A stretch of DNA of 64,000 nt from Phoronis australis (Eukaryota > Animalia > Phoronida): positions 145,095 to 209,094 of the forward strand of contig NMRA01000680.1 in NCBI GenBank assembly GCA_002633005.1, written 5' to 3'. Made by a program: the position numbers and the translations under genes. The notes beneath the pieces are model-generated. The model did no database searches. It was not told the DNA's origin and worked only from the letters and a program-made list of their open reading frames with translations. This document shows positions 1-12,295 of this stretch, piece after piece; the stretch's first letter is position 1, and each line of letters begins with the position of its first letter.

Positions 1-673
1 CTATTATAAGCCTGCTAGAAAATTGGCCTGCCTGTTGTCATACCAGACAAAACACTGTGCTTGAAGTTAACAATGAGGCTAGATGTTATCACACGCTCAC
101 AACCCTCTACATGTACGTCTGGTAAAGTCACTGAACGGGAGAACGCCGTCATGGCTAAGGAGCACGTAGAGACCAATTGGATAGCACGTCTCCACAAAAT
201 TTATTGGAAGGCGGGTTCATAGCTGCCTTTAAAGTAATCGGCTTGGCCTGGCAAGAGTGGATTTATCAACTCAACTGTTAACTGGTGTTCCTGCATTGTC
301 ATTTTGAATGTTTTACTATGAATTGAAGAACCCTGTGGTCACGCTAACTATAGGAGCTCTGTTTTGTCTATTTAACAAAGCAAGTCCCTAATATTTTATG
401 CTATGTTTTACCTTTTGGTGAAAATTCTTACTAAGGTTTAGAGTACTAAACACCAACTAAAATAGCCAAAATCTCTTATTTCCTTGTTTCAAAGATTTGA
501 TGTATTCTGTCATTCTACTATGAAAATAAAAGAAAAGCCTGACTTACATTTTGTAAAATACTTTGTTTTGTTGAGATGTTTCGCAGATAATTTCATTGTT
601 CCATCCCCCAACTATGTTCCGACTAGAAGCTTGAAGTTCTTATTTTGCATTTGTCATTTTTCGTGATTTTTAG

Positions 674-832
674 GTGCGGTGCCAGAAACATCGATTTTTA
701 GGAACTTGTCAGCATGCCTGAAGTGTATGCTTTCCTGCCTAACCCCGTGCTTAATGTGTTGCTGCGGAGCTCGGACCTCTGAGCAAAGTGCTGCAATGTT
801 GTGCGATTTAGCAACATCGGACAAGTACAAAG
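674..832 (+). CDS. Penultimate coding exon of a short-chain dehydrogenase/reductase (RDH11-14/WWOX/DHRS-like)
   Basis: tttttag acceptor, gtaagg donor; reads GAVPETSIFRNLSACLKCMLSCLTPCLMCCCGARTSEQSAAMLCDLATSDKYK, matching the (P)GxVxTxLxR and (K/R)TxEQGA motifs of this SDR subgroup; phase 1 matches the next exon. Confidence 0.8.
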
Positions 833-1565
833 GTAAGGGACACTAGCTAACTAAATAATTTATGAAGAGAGCTCTCATTTGGCCGCCGGCTGTCCACTGG
901 AGAACTCTGTCAGAAGCAAGTTTTGAAAACACACCCATGTATAACCCATTGTTCATGATGCACTCTCACTTCGTTCTTTTTGAACGTTAACATCATTCGG
1001 ATAAGTGCAGTTGTGTGCTGCACAATTCAAGACCGCGTATTGCTCAGGCAGGTTAACTTGGGACATATCAACACAGGGACAGCAGTTGCAGTGCACGTTA
1101 TGTCTCTTTCTGTTGTTGTAGTTAAACGATTTTACCGTAACAAAAATGTTCAATTTTCCATGAAAGTTTTCGTGTTTATAGCCCACAGTGTCTTAAATGG
1201 CCGGGAAAATGTTGACAGGACGAGACAGTGGGTAGTTATCGCTGTCAGTCATCTCTGTTCCCTAGGCCCCAAACAAAAGGAGCAAAAAAGTCAACTGGCT
1301 ATTATTATCCAAACCAGTAAGAAACATTCGTAGTTTCCGGTTGGGGAATTAGATGTAGCACCATAGTATCTCAACATCGTTCTCCCATTTATGAGGCATA
1401 ATGTTCCAAGTTTGCTAAAATTTGATTTTTTTCTATATACACTTGCGCACTGGTAAGGGATGGTGATGCCCAGAAAGCTTGGTAACTTTCATGCATTTAA
1501 GTCTCACGGGAATCCTTGGGCAGAGTTAAAAATAAAGAACCATTCTCTACACGTTGCTTTTCCAG

Positions 1566-1741
1566 GAGTCACTGGTGCGTATTTCAGAGACGGAAAGGAG
1601 GCTACTCCCTCGCAGGAAGCATTACAAGAGGACATTCAAGAGAGATTATGGTCCGTCAGTGCGGACCTAGTACAACTCCAGCCCTCTGATAACCCACCAC
1701 ACAGCAGTGAGGACCCACTGTTATCCCAAAACAGCTATTGA
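1566..1741 (+). CDS. Terminal coding exon of the SDR
   Basis: ttttccag acceptor; GVTGAYFRDGKEATPSQEALQEDIQERLWSVSADLVQL matches the family C-terminal GxYF...PS..A....RLWxxS motif; stop at 1741. Confidence 0.85.
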
Positions 1742-2114
1742 ACCTAATCGTTGATTCTCCTGGGCCATTAATTTGAAAGTTTCTGGAAGTGTCACTCATC
1801 AATAATAATTGAATACACAGAAACAATTAAATAGGTAAAAACTGACCTAAACCAAATGTACTGGACAGCCATACGCATAAACTTCAATTGGTATAATATT
1901 TACTGTTTTGACTAATTGTTTCTTGTATTTGCATGCATAACATGAGTCAGAGCAATTTTTGCTATTTTTCTAGATCAGGAAAAAATAGTCACTTTGCTGA
2001 GAATTTGATCCGTCAGTTCCATTTAAGTTGATAAAAACAACGTACACAACATTAAGAACTGAATCTACATTTTAGTTGTTTGCTTTTTCCAGCAGAACAA
2101 CTGGGCTTACTGAT

Positions 2115-2120
2115 AATAAA
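2115..2120 (+). promoter_or_regulatory. Candidate poly(A) signal of the SDR gene
   Basis: AATAAA ~375 nt after the stop. Confidence 0.35.
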
Positions 2121-3213
2121 TCCATGAACATTACAATGACTGTAAGTGTAGTCGTTCATTCACACATGCACACACAGGGGCTTATAATTCTTCTATTCTC
2201 ACGTTTACTATTCTCAAGGAAAACAAGCTTTTCAACTTTATAGTAATCTAATACTTCTGTCTTGAACGTGGTCTGGAGTTATTGGGTTTTTGTTTGAAAA
2301 CATGCAACATAAACTATGGACATGTAGTTTAAAACAGATTCGTTAAAGTAATGTAATGTTTCAATTCTCTTTTGAACTTGACAAAACAAGGTGTGCTGCT
2401 ATTGGGTTTTTGTTTGTAAATATACAATGTATACACTTTGGGTTAAACAGATACTAGAGGTATTGCGAACATTGAATCAGTCTTTATAAAACCACTAAGA
2501 GTTTTGCTTTGGGTTGTACGGATACTTCAAAAACGCATTTCGACAAAGCCAACTTTGAAGAACAATTTCACCCAAAACATTTTCCATGAGCAACATCACT
2601 TGTATGAAAACATGATTTTGCTAACTTTTCAAAAATCAAATTTCTACGCAATTTTCATCGTATACTTTGAAATATTGCAATGTGGGATCAGAAATGTGTA
2701 GTTTAAGCCGGGGTGTAAATTATACCTCCAATAATTTGGTAAATGCTGCCCAATATTCAGATTTGGGCTCGTTTACGTCCCAGTGAACTTAAGATAACGC
2801 CATCTGATTTTGTTCTCCACGTTAGCTATATTTCCACAAGGCTCATCCAAATCGTTGAAAAGTGCTACCTTCTACTGTTTGAAAGTTAACGTGGATGCCA
2901 CTTTAAGCCTTTAATTGCCATCATGGTTTATTTATTGTTAATGCTGTTTCATTTCGCGTACTGTATTTTCAACGACCACAGTGGAAAAACGTTTCGTTTT
3001 GTTTCATCTGTTTTTCCACATCATACATTGATTTCTGTTTATTTCTGTGTGCTGATGTGGACAAAATAACTAAGCAGAACTGAACAATTCGGAAGTTCGG
3101 GTAGGCTCCACACACTAGGGCGCTATTTGACTTCTGTCATCCTCGTCCGCCATCTGTCCCCCACTCCCCTTGCTCATGTATGAAAATGAAACCAATGCAG
3201 TCGCTCACACCAG

Positions 3214-3219
3214 TTTATT
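3214..3219 (-). promoter_or_regulatory. Candidate poly(A) signal of the giant gene
   Basis: TTTATT on + (AATAAA on -) ~290 nt after the stop at 3505. Confidence 0.45.
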
Positions 3220-3504
3220 GTAGTCATTGAGGTTTACTTGCAAGTGATATTTTACAGTTTAAATGGCCAAGATCATTAATTCACTCATTCACTCCAGCTT
3301 ATTTCGATACTCTATAATTGTTTTCAAGTTGCACTCAAAACAAATTCAATATTTCACTCCAGTGTAGTCTAATACGTAAAAATTATTTAAAAATTCTCAT
3401 TCTCGGCAAAAATGCACAAAAACTCGAGTTTACTCTATTACTTTCATATACTCAATATTGTTTGGCAAGTTGCACTTCCTAAACGAAAGATAATTAGTTT
3501 ACGA

Positions 3505-3746
3505 TCACGCTTTGGTCTCATCCTCATACAACGGACCGACTTTATTCAAATAAGGCTTAACAACATTAAACGTTGGTATCTCAACAGCGTACGGGCGGAC
3601 ATGGACAATGGCATCTCGAGGAATGTCTTGTACTTTCGAGCGCTGTTTTGCTCGTCGGTGAAGAATGAAGAAAACCGTTAGCGCAGTCAACAGTGTTGCA
3701 AACACAACGGACAGTATGACGATCAACGTGGTGTGGTCTACGTCAC
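3505..3746 (-). CDS. Giant gene terminal exon: TM helix and cytoplasmic tail
   Basis: tttgcag acceptor; LIVILSVVFATLLTALTVFFIL then HRRAKQRSK (positive-inside); ends YEDETKA*. Confidence 0.9.
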
Positions 3747-3941
3747 CTGCAAATGACCAAAGAACTGACTTAGTAAACGTGCATTCTTACGTACGCCTCA
3801 TAGTTTTGAGACAAGTGAATCCATGTTTCTAACAGTAAGCATCATTTTACCAATACAAAACAATGTCTCAGATGAAAGAAAGACGCGGAGACGTGTATTT
3901 CTAAATTTTGAAATTTCAACCAGTTAAAAACAATTGAGTAC

Positions 3942-4017
3942 CTTCAATGATGAATGGAACGCTGATATGGAAGTCATCCTGAAGCAAATCCGCCTCAGCT
4001 TTTGAGCCGCACACGTT
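3942..4017 (-). CDS. Giant gene exon (end of ZP-C-like domain, hydrophobic patch)
   Basis: ccacag/gtactc; NVCGSKAEADLLQDDFHISVPFIIE; phase 0 to 1 fits both neighbours. Confidence 0.8.
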
Positions 4018-4677
4018 CTGTGGAGATGGAGATAACAAAAATAAACAGTAAAGTAGACGGCAATACACATTTCTTGGACAATTTTCAAACGCCTAATCAC
4101 GATTGATTTTCACAAAAAATCAAATACGCTACGTACAAACTTTCAAAACGAAAATTTAAAAATAGGTTTGTCGCCCTCAATGTGTTTACGATGGGTCTCG
4201 TAATCTAGGAACGGCAACATCATTAGCCTGGGGCGATTTATTTGGGGACTTTCACTTCTTCCGAAGTCCGCTGGTCTCACTACACGCAACCGGAAGTGTT
4301 TTCTAGGCGCACCCTAACGGCTGAAAGTCTCCCATTAACCACAACAACATGACGTGTATGATCTAAACCGGCAGATTCTAAGGTGCTCAAACCGGTTGAG
4401 TGTCCCAATCTCGACTCAGCTGACAGTAATGGTGTGGAAGCTTCAATGATAACGTCAACAGCAACAACAAGTGCAATTCATTACTACGATAATAGGTAAC
4501 AAAATTAAACATTTTAAAACAAATTATTGGTTACGGTTCTATAAAAAGTTCATATGAAACCAGCAATGGGAATTATGTCACAGAAATGATACTGGATTGG
4601 TAGCCCAGCTAGCTGACTTCTACTTCCGCTATACTAAGTGTATAACAACAAAAGTGTGAAATCGGTAATAAATGCAC

Positions 4678-4888
4678 CTTGATGCAAAAACTGTCATCAT
4701 TTCTTGTGCAAATTTTCAGTGTTAGAGAGTAGACAATGTCTTGTCTGGATCCTGGCATAACAACACCAACTGTCGATGCGTTGAAGGGCGGTGATATCGC
4801 CTTGAAGAAGCCCTCGTCTTCTTCGAATTTCGAAAATCCATCGCTCCTCGGCCAAAACGTGCGATTGGTCTCACTCAACAGTGGGCAA
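4678..4888 (-). CDS. Giant gene exon (ZP-C-like)
   Basis: ttgcag/gtgcat; CPLLSETNRTFWPRSD...SPPFNAS...IVYSLTLKICTRNDDSFCIK; phase 2 to 0. Confidence 0.8.
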
Positions 4889-5062
4889 CTGCAATGAATT
4901 TCCAATGCGTTTACTTTCATTCTGCTTCTACCAGTAACGGGAAATATTTAATTTTAACACCAGCTTTGGTTCTTCTTTCACTTAATTTACATTTTTTGAA
5001 AAAACGAAATTGATCAGAAATCGCAAAGGCTGTCGGTTTGACTCCAACTCTGAAATGCTTAC

Positions 5063-5101
5063 CCTATACCACTGCTCAGCACATTGGTATGATAAATGAC
5101 A
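5063..5101 (-). CDS. Giant gene 39-nt exon
   Basis: tctttag/gtaagc; VIYHTNVLSSGI(G); phase 2 to 2, creates GCP with the next exon. Confidence 0.7.
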
Positions 5102-6435
5102 CTAAAGAACACAAGATAATGTTTTAACTTAATCACAAGTTGGCCAATTATCACGCCATCGCAAAAACGAGTCTTAGTCAGGTAGAGCAATACACTGTAC
5201 ATCACGTAGCCACACTACTCTGGTTAAGGGAGACACTGAAAATGTGACGCGTACACAAACAGATGCCTTTATACTTAAATCGAAGAATTCACTTTCTGAC
5301 ATCATTAATTGTACTGCGTACGGTGAAACTGGAGTATTACACACAATTACCATGGGCCAAAAGTACACGTGATGACCATTTTTAAATAACGACACGAACC
5401 AATTTGAATGTAACATAGCCCTGTCATTTAAGTTATTGATGTTAATCAAGCCATCTCTGGTTTCTAGGACATCCAGTAGTCCAAGGGAACTCTAGTCTGA
5501 TGGTGTGCATGTTTTCTGTACATGATTCTTTCGCATTTCGCTTAATCGTCGTGCGGGACCGTCTGGAGTTGGTATATGGTGCAACTCGGGACGGTCTGGG
5601 GTCTACAGAAAACCACAGCTCAACTGTGACTCTACAACAATGTGATAAACGAGAGTAGTTCTACTTGCTGCGTCAGCTGCTGGTATGCTTATTTCTTTTA
5701 TGACACACAATGTGTGACTGGGAAAAGCGTTTTCAAAATAATTTGGATAAATCAGTGGAGTATGAGACCCCTGAGGTCCCTGTCAAGTCCTCACGGCAAT
5801 TTTACGTTATGCGTACGTCATTGAACGTACGTGAAAAACAATATCTAAACATTTTCAATTATGTTACTGCATTTGCACTCGTGCGACATCGAAGACGACA
5901 ATAATTGCTCATTATACATGTACTTGCAAAAACACGAAGCATTTTGAGTGTGCCCCGATTGACTTCATTCTCGCGATGGTTTCCGGGTGCATCAGTGATT
6001 GTCGTAAGGAATGCTGATAAAATCTTCAATGCAATGCTGTAAGGCTCAGTTCTGCCTTATTAGTAGACCTTTGGATCAGTGCATCTTCAGAATAGTGAGC
6101 TGCTCATCTGATGTGGTAGTGAACGTACAGTATGACTTAATTTATTGTGCATTTGTTACAATTAAAAGTAAAACCTCCATGAAATTAAGGTTTTGCTGGA
6201 TCATATGACTTTTTTTCAAAACATTAACAAAATATTGGGGAAAACGATTACACAGAATTTTTGGGAAAAAGAAAAATGATGTTTTGATCCACAAAGATTG
6301 GTCCAAATACGTTTTACTTTGCTTTTTCGCAACATGCCGTATAGTAAAAACAAACGTTTTAAGGAGGAATACGGACCAATCATTAGCGCATCTACCCCCT
6401 TTAACAGATTCTTTAGCAACAGTATACAAATTTAC

Positions 6436-6534
6436 CTGTCTCGCATGAGGCCTGTGGTGAACGCTGTGTCATTTTGTTTGGCCCACAATTCGACGGCTGT
6501 AATTCCATTGGCAACTTCAAGAGAAAAGGATGCA
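6436..6534 (-). CDS. Giant gene exon
   Basis: caaaag/gtaaat; ASFSLEVANGITAVELWAKQNDTAFTTGLMRD; phase 2 to 2. Confidence 0.6.
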
Positions 6535-7147
6535 CTTTTGAAATATACCAAGTACGACAGCAAATTGTAAAAAGTGATAGATTTGCTGCTCAGTAGTTAA
6601 TTGGTTAGACCTCCTTCTACAGCAGTGAAGTAATTCGATTCCGAAATCATGAAATACTTTAAAAGTCCAGGAGACTTTTTCTCAGTTTAAAGCATATTTC
6701 TTCAACAAAGTCTGCACTCCAGTGGGAAACTTCAAGGAAGCAATGGGGACTAATCACGTGGGATCAGTGACTTATATCGCCACCTACATGTAGTTGGGTA
6801 CCTGGAGTCACTTTGTTTTCGCATCGGGTAGCATATAGGGGAACAGTTTGACTTACCAAATGGACCCTTTTACACTGTATTTGATTAGACGTGACGATTT
6901 TTAATAAAAGATATAAAGTGACTCCTCGTCCACTAGGGGCCACTAATATCCGGTCCCAAGTGAACAGTCGCTATTAAAAGTCTCCCATTGGCCATCTAGT
7001 CAATGTCACGCAACCGCAAGTTTTACAAACGATGACCATTTCGGGGTCTAAAGGGCAGTTAAACAGATGGGCTAAGCGGAAGTGTACTGACTGCTTATAA
7101 GGACAGGACAATCTTCACATTTCAAAAAGATTAGTATAATCACGTAC

Positions 7148-7260
7148 TTGACGATTTCAACAGCGTCAACACTATCACTATTTTCTCGTCTTGCCTGGCC
7201 GTGGTCACAGGATCTTGCGGTGCGCTTGATCTGGCCACGTATGCTGAATACCCAGGTTGC
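7148..7260 (-). CDS. Giant gene exon
   Basis: tccacag/gtacgt; ATWVFSIRGQIKRTARSCDHGQARRENSDSVDAVEIV (phase 0 to 2); a second frame is also open. Confidence 0.65.
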
Positions 7261-8042
7261 CTGTGGACAAAGGAAGGGTTGTCATTTTATTTTTATTTAT
7301 TATTTATTTTATTATTGTGATATTTGAAATGAGGGTGGCCTCCTCAGTGATAGCATTGCTTTCCAAGAGGTCCTCATTCGTATGTTAAGAGGCCAATTGC
7401 CTTATCCTATGTGGTTTTAGGGGACACGGACCCCCTAGTTACATAAACAGCAAAAAATTAAAACAAAAAACAACAACGTCGGCTTTCCATTTTGGGGGCC
7501 TTCATGGAATTTTTACTCGAAAATTATGGTCTCCTGGCACTTAAGATGTCTTAGTTCCGCTTCACCATCCCAGGTCCAAATTAAGTGTAGAATTTTTATT
7601 CAAGCATATATCCACCTGTGAGCAAGGCAAACTTTGTAAAACCGTTTCAGACCCCCTGCCCTGTCGTCGTCAATTTCAACTGGCTTGTCATTATTTCGCA
7701 CGCAGTCTCCACCGACTTCCCTTAAGCACCCCCATGACGTCACCGAGTATTTAGTATTCAATCCGGTCACCACCATCAAAGCCTCTCAAAATTACCACAA
7801 GTGTGTCGATATTTCTGAACAAAGATGGTCTCATTTGCAACAGGAACAAAGCGCAATGCATCATGCATGTAGGTCTTCAGCAGGACCCACTTTACAAGAT
7901 ACTTTAACCTGCAGGGCTCTAAATTTCTACCACTTGGACTTGAAATGTGAACGATGAAACTGATGGTAAAGTATCACTGATCCCAGACCAGTAACAGGAA
8001 CAAGCATGGTGATTTAAGATAGGTATTTGAATTTCACTATAC

Positions 8043-8191
8043 TTGGCCCTTTGGATAGAGCTTGGGACTTCACTTAGGCACTCTTCGGTTCCACCTCCAC
8101 CGCAATTGACAACAAACATGGCATCACTTCCGGTCAGCTGACCAAAATGGCGGATCATGTAGAACTTGAAAACGTTTGGGTTTCCAGCCAC
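8043..8191 (-). CDS. Giant gene exon (end of ZP-N-like domain); donor uncertain
   Basis: tttacag acceptor; VAGNPNVFKFYMIRHFGQLTGSDAMFVVNCGGGGTEECLSE...; the link to 7260 is unresolved and may need another small exon near 7890-7960. Confidence 0.6.
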
Positions 8192-8723
8192 CTGTAAATA
8201 GATGTGCGTGCTAAATCCCGGTGCATTGGGGACTTGGGGAGCAGGATCCTGCCATTTCCTTCGGGTCAGCAAAGAAATTGGCTTCAAAGATAATCAGATA
8301 ATTGCTCGCCCACGTGATAACCTAGATACGCGCCAGTGCACATGTTGGTACTGCAACCTCAGGGATGATGTATGTATACTGTTTTCACTGCTACGCTTCA
8401 CATGGTCTATAGGCGGTGCGCCCATATAGCCCCCATTTTTCAGTCGGCTGCGCCGCCCATGGTATACAGATATTTTGCTTTCGAATTCGTTTTTTAACTA
8501 TGAAAACACTATAAGCAGTTCCTGGCTTCATCAAAATGAAAAGGCTTAATTTCCTTTCATGCTCTCGCATTAGCCTACACAGCCTAAATGTCCATCATTA
8601 CTTTGGAAGTGCCGTGAAATCCGCGGCATTTTGGCAACAAGTTTGATTTTGTTCGTGCTCGTTTTTCAAGTTTGCTTCCACTGAATCGATGGCACAACAC
8701 TCTCGCTCAAAATTGAAACTCAC

Positions 8724-8931
8724 GTGGGTCAGCGTGTTGCATCCCCTACTGGCCGTATTTCCAACTGTTAAACGAATCACAGTTTCGCTACCATCGATGT
8801 CGGTATAACATTTGGGTTGGGATAACATCGACATGCTATCTTCCTCATGCATAAAGAGTCTTGAAAATGGTCGGTTAGCGGTGCGAGGCCTGTACAAAAT
8901 GTCAACGCTGTCAACTTTCCCTCCGACTAGT
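8724..8931 (-). CDS. Giant gene exon (ZP-N-like)
   Basis: tgtgtag/gtgagt; LVGGKVDSVDILY...QPKCYTDIDGSETVIRLTVGNTASRGCNTLTH; phase 2 to 0. Confidence 0.75.
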
Positions 8932-9049
8932 CTACACAAGAACGTAACTAAAACATAATAAACACAGATATATCACTATCCCAACTGTTCATGCATACAT
9001 GAAATTTCGTTCAAGATACGATGAAAAAGTATTAAACAGTATGAAATAC

Positions 9050-9071
9050 CTTGGTGTTGTGTCCACGTTCT
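9050..9071 (-). CDS. Candidate 22-nt exon of the giant gene
   Basis: acgtag/gtattt; (E)NVDTTP(R) supplies the phase 1 to 2 link needed between 10047 and 8931; acceptor is weak. Confidence 0.35.
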
Positions 9072-10046
9072 CTACGTCAGGCCAATAACATCATTTTTAC
9101 TGTGAGGACAAGTGGCTTTGTTTTCCATCCATGAAACCAGTTTCAATTATATTTAGAGTATGTAAAAAGCCATGACCTGTCATGTACGCGAACCTGCCTT
9201 CCAGCAAAAATATTGAGACCGCTGTGTTACGTAATGCACTATGAGATACAGTGTAAAAGAGATGCGAAATGGCGCAAATTGTTTCAACATTAAAAGGGAC
9301 GAGTCCATATTTTAGTCCCAATGCACAAAGCGTGTAACGGCATAACCCGTACTGCATACTTAAAACAGACTGTGAAACGTCCATGTAAGCGAAACAGTTT
9401 TCCAAATTCAACCGCCAAGAAACACATTCTAGTTGCATTAAACCAGTCAAGTCCGTCTTTGGCAAAAGACAAGAATGTACTTTCTCAACAATAAAAAACA
9501 TCTACTTCACCTGATGCTCATGCAATAAGTAGGGTCGATCAGTTGGAAATGCTTTATTGGGGCAATGCCCAATATTTATGGGATTTGTAACAAATTTTGG
9601 CTGTGGACCTATGAATTTTACTTGTTGAGTTGTGTTTATAAAGCACACCAAAGAATTTTCTTCGAAAACGCATCATTTTATTCGGGCATACCAAAATAAC
9701 AAAAGCGCATTGTTATTGCAATGGCTGTACGCAACACGTATTCACAAATCACGCCTCTTGCATGACGCAAGCATGGGAGTACATGTATGTCTTCACAGGT
9801 ATGACATTTCATTTTTCTCATTTCTGAACTCGGATAATGTGATGTTTTGGCCCGAAAAAACAGACGGAATGCTGTTGTTTGAAACCAGAGGCTGGTGACT
9901 TGTCACCGCAGGTACTGGTCTCAAATGTAATGAGTTCTCTCTTATTTCCAAGACCAGAAATATCACCTTGAGAACAACGTCAAGTGGTCCTAAGAAAAAG
10001 TTCATAGCTGCTTGCATGAAAAATTTCTAGCACCATTTGAATGTAC

Positions 10047-10161
10047 CTTGCCCATCGGTACTTTCCCGAGCGTACATTCTGTCCTCATTAATCAAGCATC
10101 GGACTCTTTCTTCTGCATTGTTCCTTCCCTTTTCTTCACATGTCGTCCATGAGCAGTTAGT
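10047..10161 (-). CDS. Giant gene exon (start of ZP-N-like domain)
   Basis: ctttctag/gtacat; TNCSWTTCEEKGRNNAEERVRCLINEDRMYARESTDGQ. Confidence 0.55.
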
Positions 10162-11730
10162 CTAGAAAGACAATGGGATGACAACAAGGAAGGATAACTC
10201 TGAATCTTAGACAATTGATCATTTCTAAGATAGTCTGATACAGAGATTATTTACATCACATTGCAAAGGAACGTGGACTACCTGTCATCCAATGCAGACT
10301 GAAACCTAGTGATGAAAATAGAAGCCCTAAACCCACATTTCACGTAGAAAACAACTGATATTGTTGCTTTATAGCTTTAGTCAATAACTCGATGAAGTCC
10401 TTCCCATCCGACAATAACCACAAAAATGTATTTCAGTCCATAAAGCCAATAATGTATTTTAATTTCAGGGAAAACGGGGATAGGCCTATCTGGAAAATCA
10501 ACTTGAAACTCAGCAACCTTGGTAAAGGGAATGATATAACATGTGGTCAATTACAAAAAATATTGGTGTACACTGCTAAAGAAAGTTTGGACGGAGTGGA
10601 CGGCAAAATGAGAGCGGCTCTCCTAGCTTATTTATCGCCTGCCTGAAGGCGTGTACTGAAGATAGCCGCTTTATCCTGCGTCGGCAACGGGAAAATATTA
10701 ACTCTGATCTTATAGCCCTCAAGGCCGACGGGAACCAGCGATACAAAAAAATCCAAAATTCTGAAGAACCAAAAAACACTGATAGGCAAGTCTGAAACTC
10801 TACGATCCAATGGAAACGCTCAGGACCTCGTGACATCTGTTTATATTTGACACTCCGAGTAGAGTTCATTAACTGCCTCGCAGCTAGAAAAAAAACCTAG
10901 CCACAATCACGTGTTCTCATTAAAAATACACAGCAATATCTCAGATAATATCGTGAATTGTTGCTTTTTAGCGATGTCCTAGCGTTGGTCCTTGCGTTAT
11001 TGAACTCTTCTTTGATGTCATGGCGTTGAACTTGTTGTGTCACTCTGTCCACACGAGGGCGCTGCGACGGAAGGCTGCTTTTAGATATTTGCTGCTCTAA
11101 TTGATTTGGCATCTGTTTGTCTCACTGCCTTGTTTTGTGGTCTACATGTAGGAGTTTTTGAATCTATTTCAATCTGGTTTAATCTATAATTAAACTATGC
11201 TGCTGCAGGTTTCAGCTTCGACAGTAAAGAACATTTAAAGGAACAAGTGCAAACACCAACAATCAAATGCAATGAAGGCACAGAGGCATTTCAGGACCAA
11301 TGCCATCACCTCAGCGGGGATACACTGAGCGACCGTGGGGCCGCTCGCACTAAAATTTGGTTAAATTCCAGTCAATACTCACTTCTTTCAAACTTTCATG
11401 AAGAGCCACCATGGCGATCTGGGTGGGATACATCACCTGCTCAGTTAGTTCACGTTTTTTCCTGAAGGCTTGACGTGGCTTCCGCGTAGGTCTGGTATCG
11501 CACAACTACAAATAAAACAACAATGCATTCATGGCCGCTGTTGCTGGGTTACCGGACAGGAGGTTCGCTAGCCAGGTCATGGATCATGCGAACAGTTTGA
11601 TTTCCCGACGGTGTATTTTGACAATGACTTCTGCATTGTCTCTCTATGTGTTCAACATACAAATACAAATAAGCATTCAGCGAATTATTGTCATGTGTGG
11701 CAATAGTATAAATCGTTAATGTGATACAAC

Positions 11731-11831
11731 CTGTCCAACTACAGTGGTTTTAGTCCAGATCACGTCCTTCCCCAGATTGAAGTCATCACATGAATTACAA
11801 GATTCACACAATTCCTTCCATTCAGTGTCAT
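11731..11831 (-). CDS. Giant gene exon
   Basis: cttgcag/gttgta; DDTEWKELCESCNSCDDFNLGKDVIWTKTTVVGQ; phase 1 to 0. Confidence 0.7.
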
Positions 11832-12295
11832 CTGCAAGTATATAGGCATACAATTTAGGAAACACATTAAACCAACATGTAGCGCATCACTTTTACGAAT
11901 GCAACCGGTTTCAAAAAACTTGTCCAACGTTGAATTCTGTTACGAATCACATGCAGCTGACATTCTATGTTACACTCACTTGTCATTTACAAAAATACGC
12001 TGGTCCATATTCAAGAACCAAGCTCTTCGTTAGACCATTTACACAGCTGAAAACCTTTTTGGATGTTGCTTACGCGTATCCACTTGATGTCATGGCAAAC
12101 ACCTTCTTTCCATTTACCTGCCCCTGTTAATAAGACACTAGGCAACATCAGCAAGGAAATACGTACCATGCAGTCGTGACTCGAGTTTGACTAAAAAGCC
12201 AAAGCAAGGCACGCTTAATAGACCTTAACCGTTGTGAATCGAGTACGTGACTAAAGAAAAAATAGTTTCTGCGTGACTGAGAATTTCAACTATCA

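Noticed and set aside
5500-6015. Exon-like segments near 5500-5602 and 5924-6013
   Set aside because: Splice-like sites exist, but the phases do not fit the chain that joins 6436 to 5101 directly
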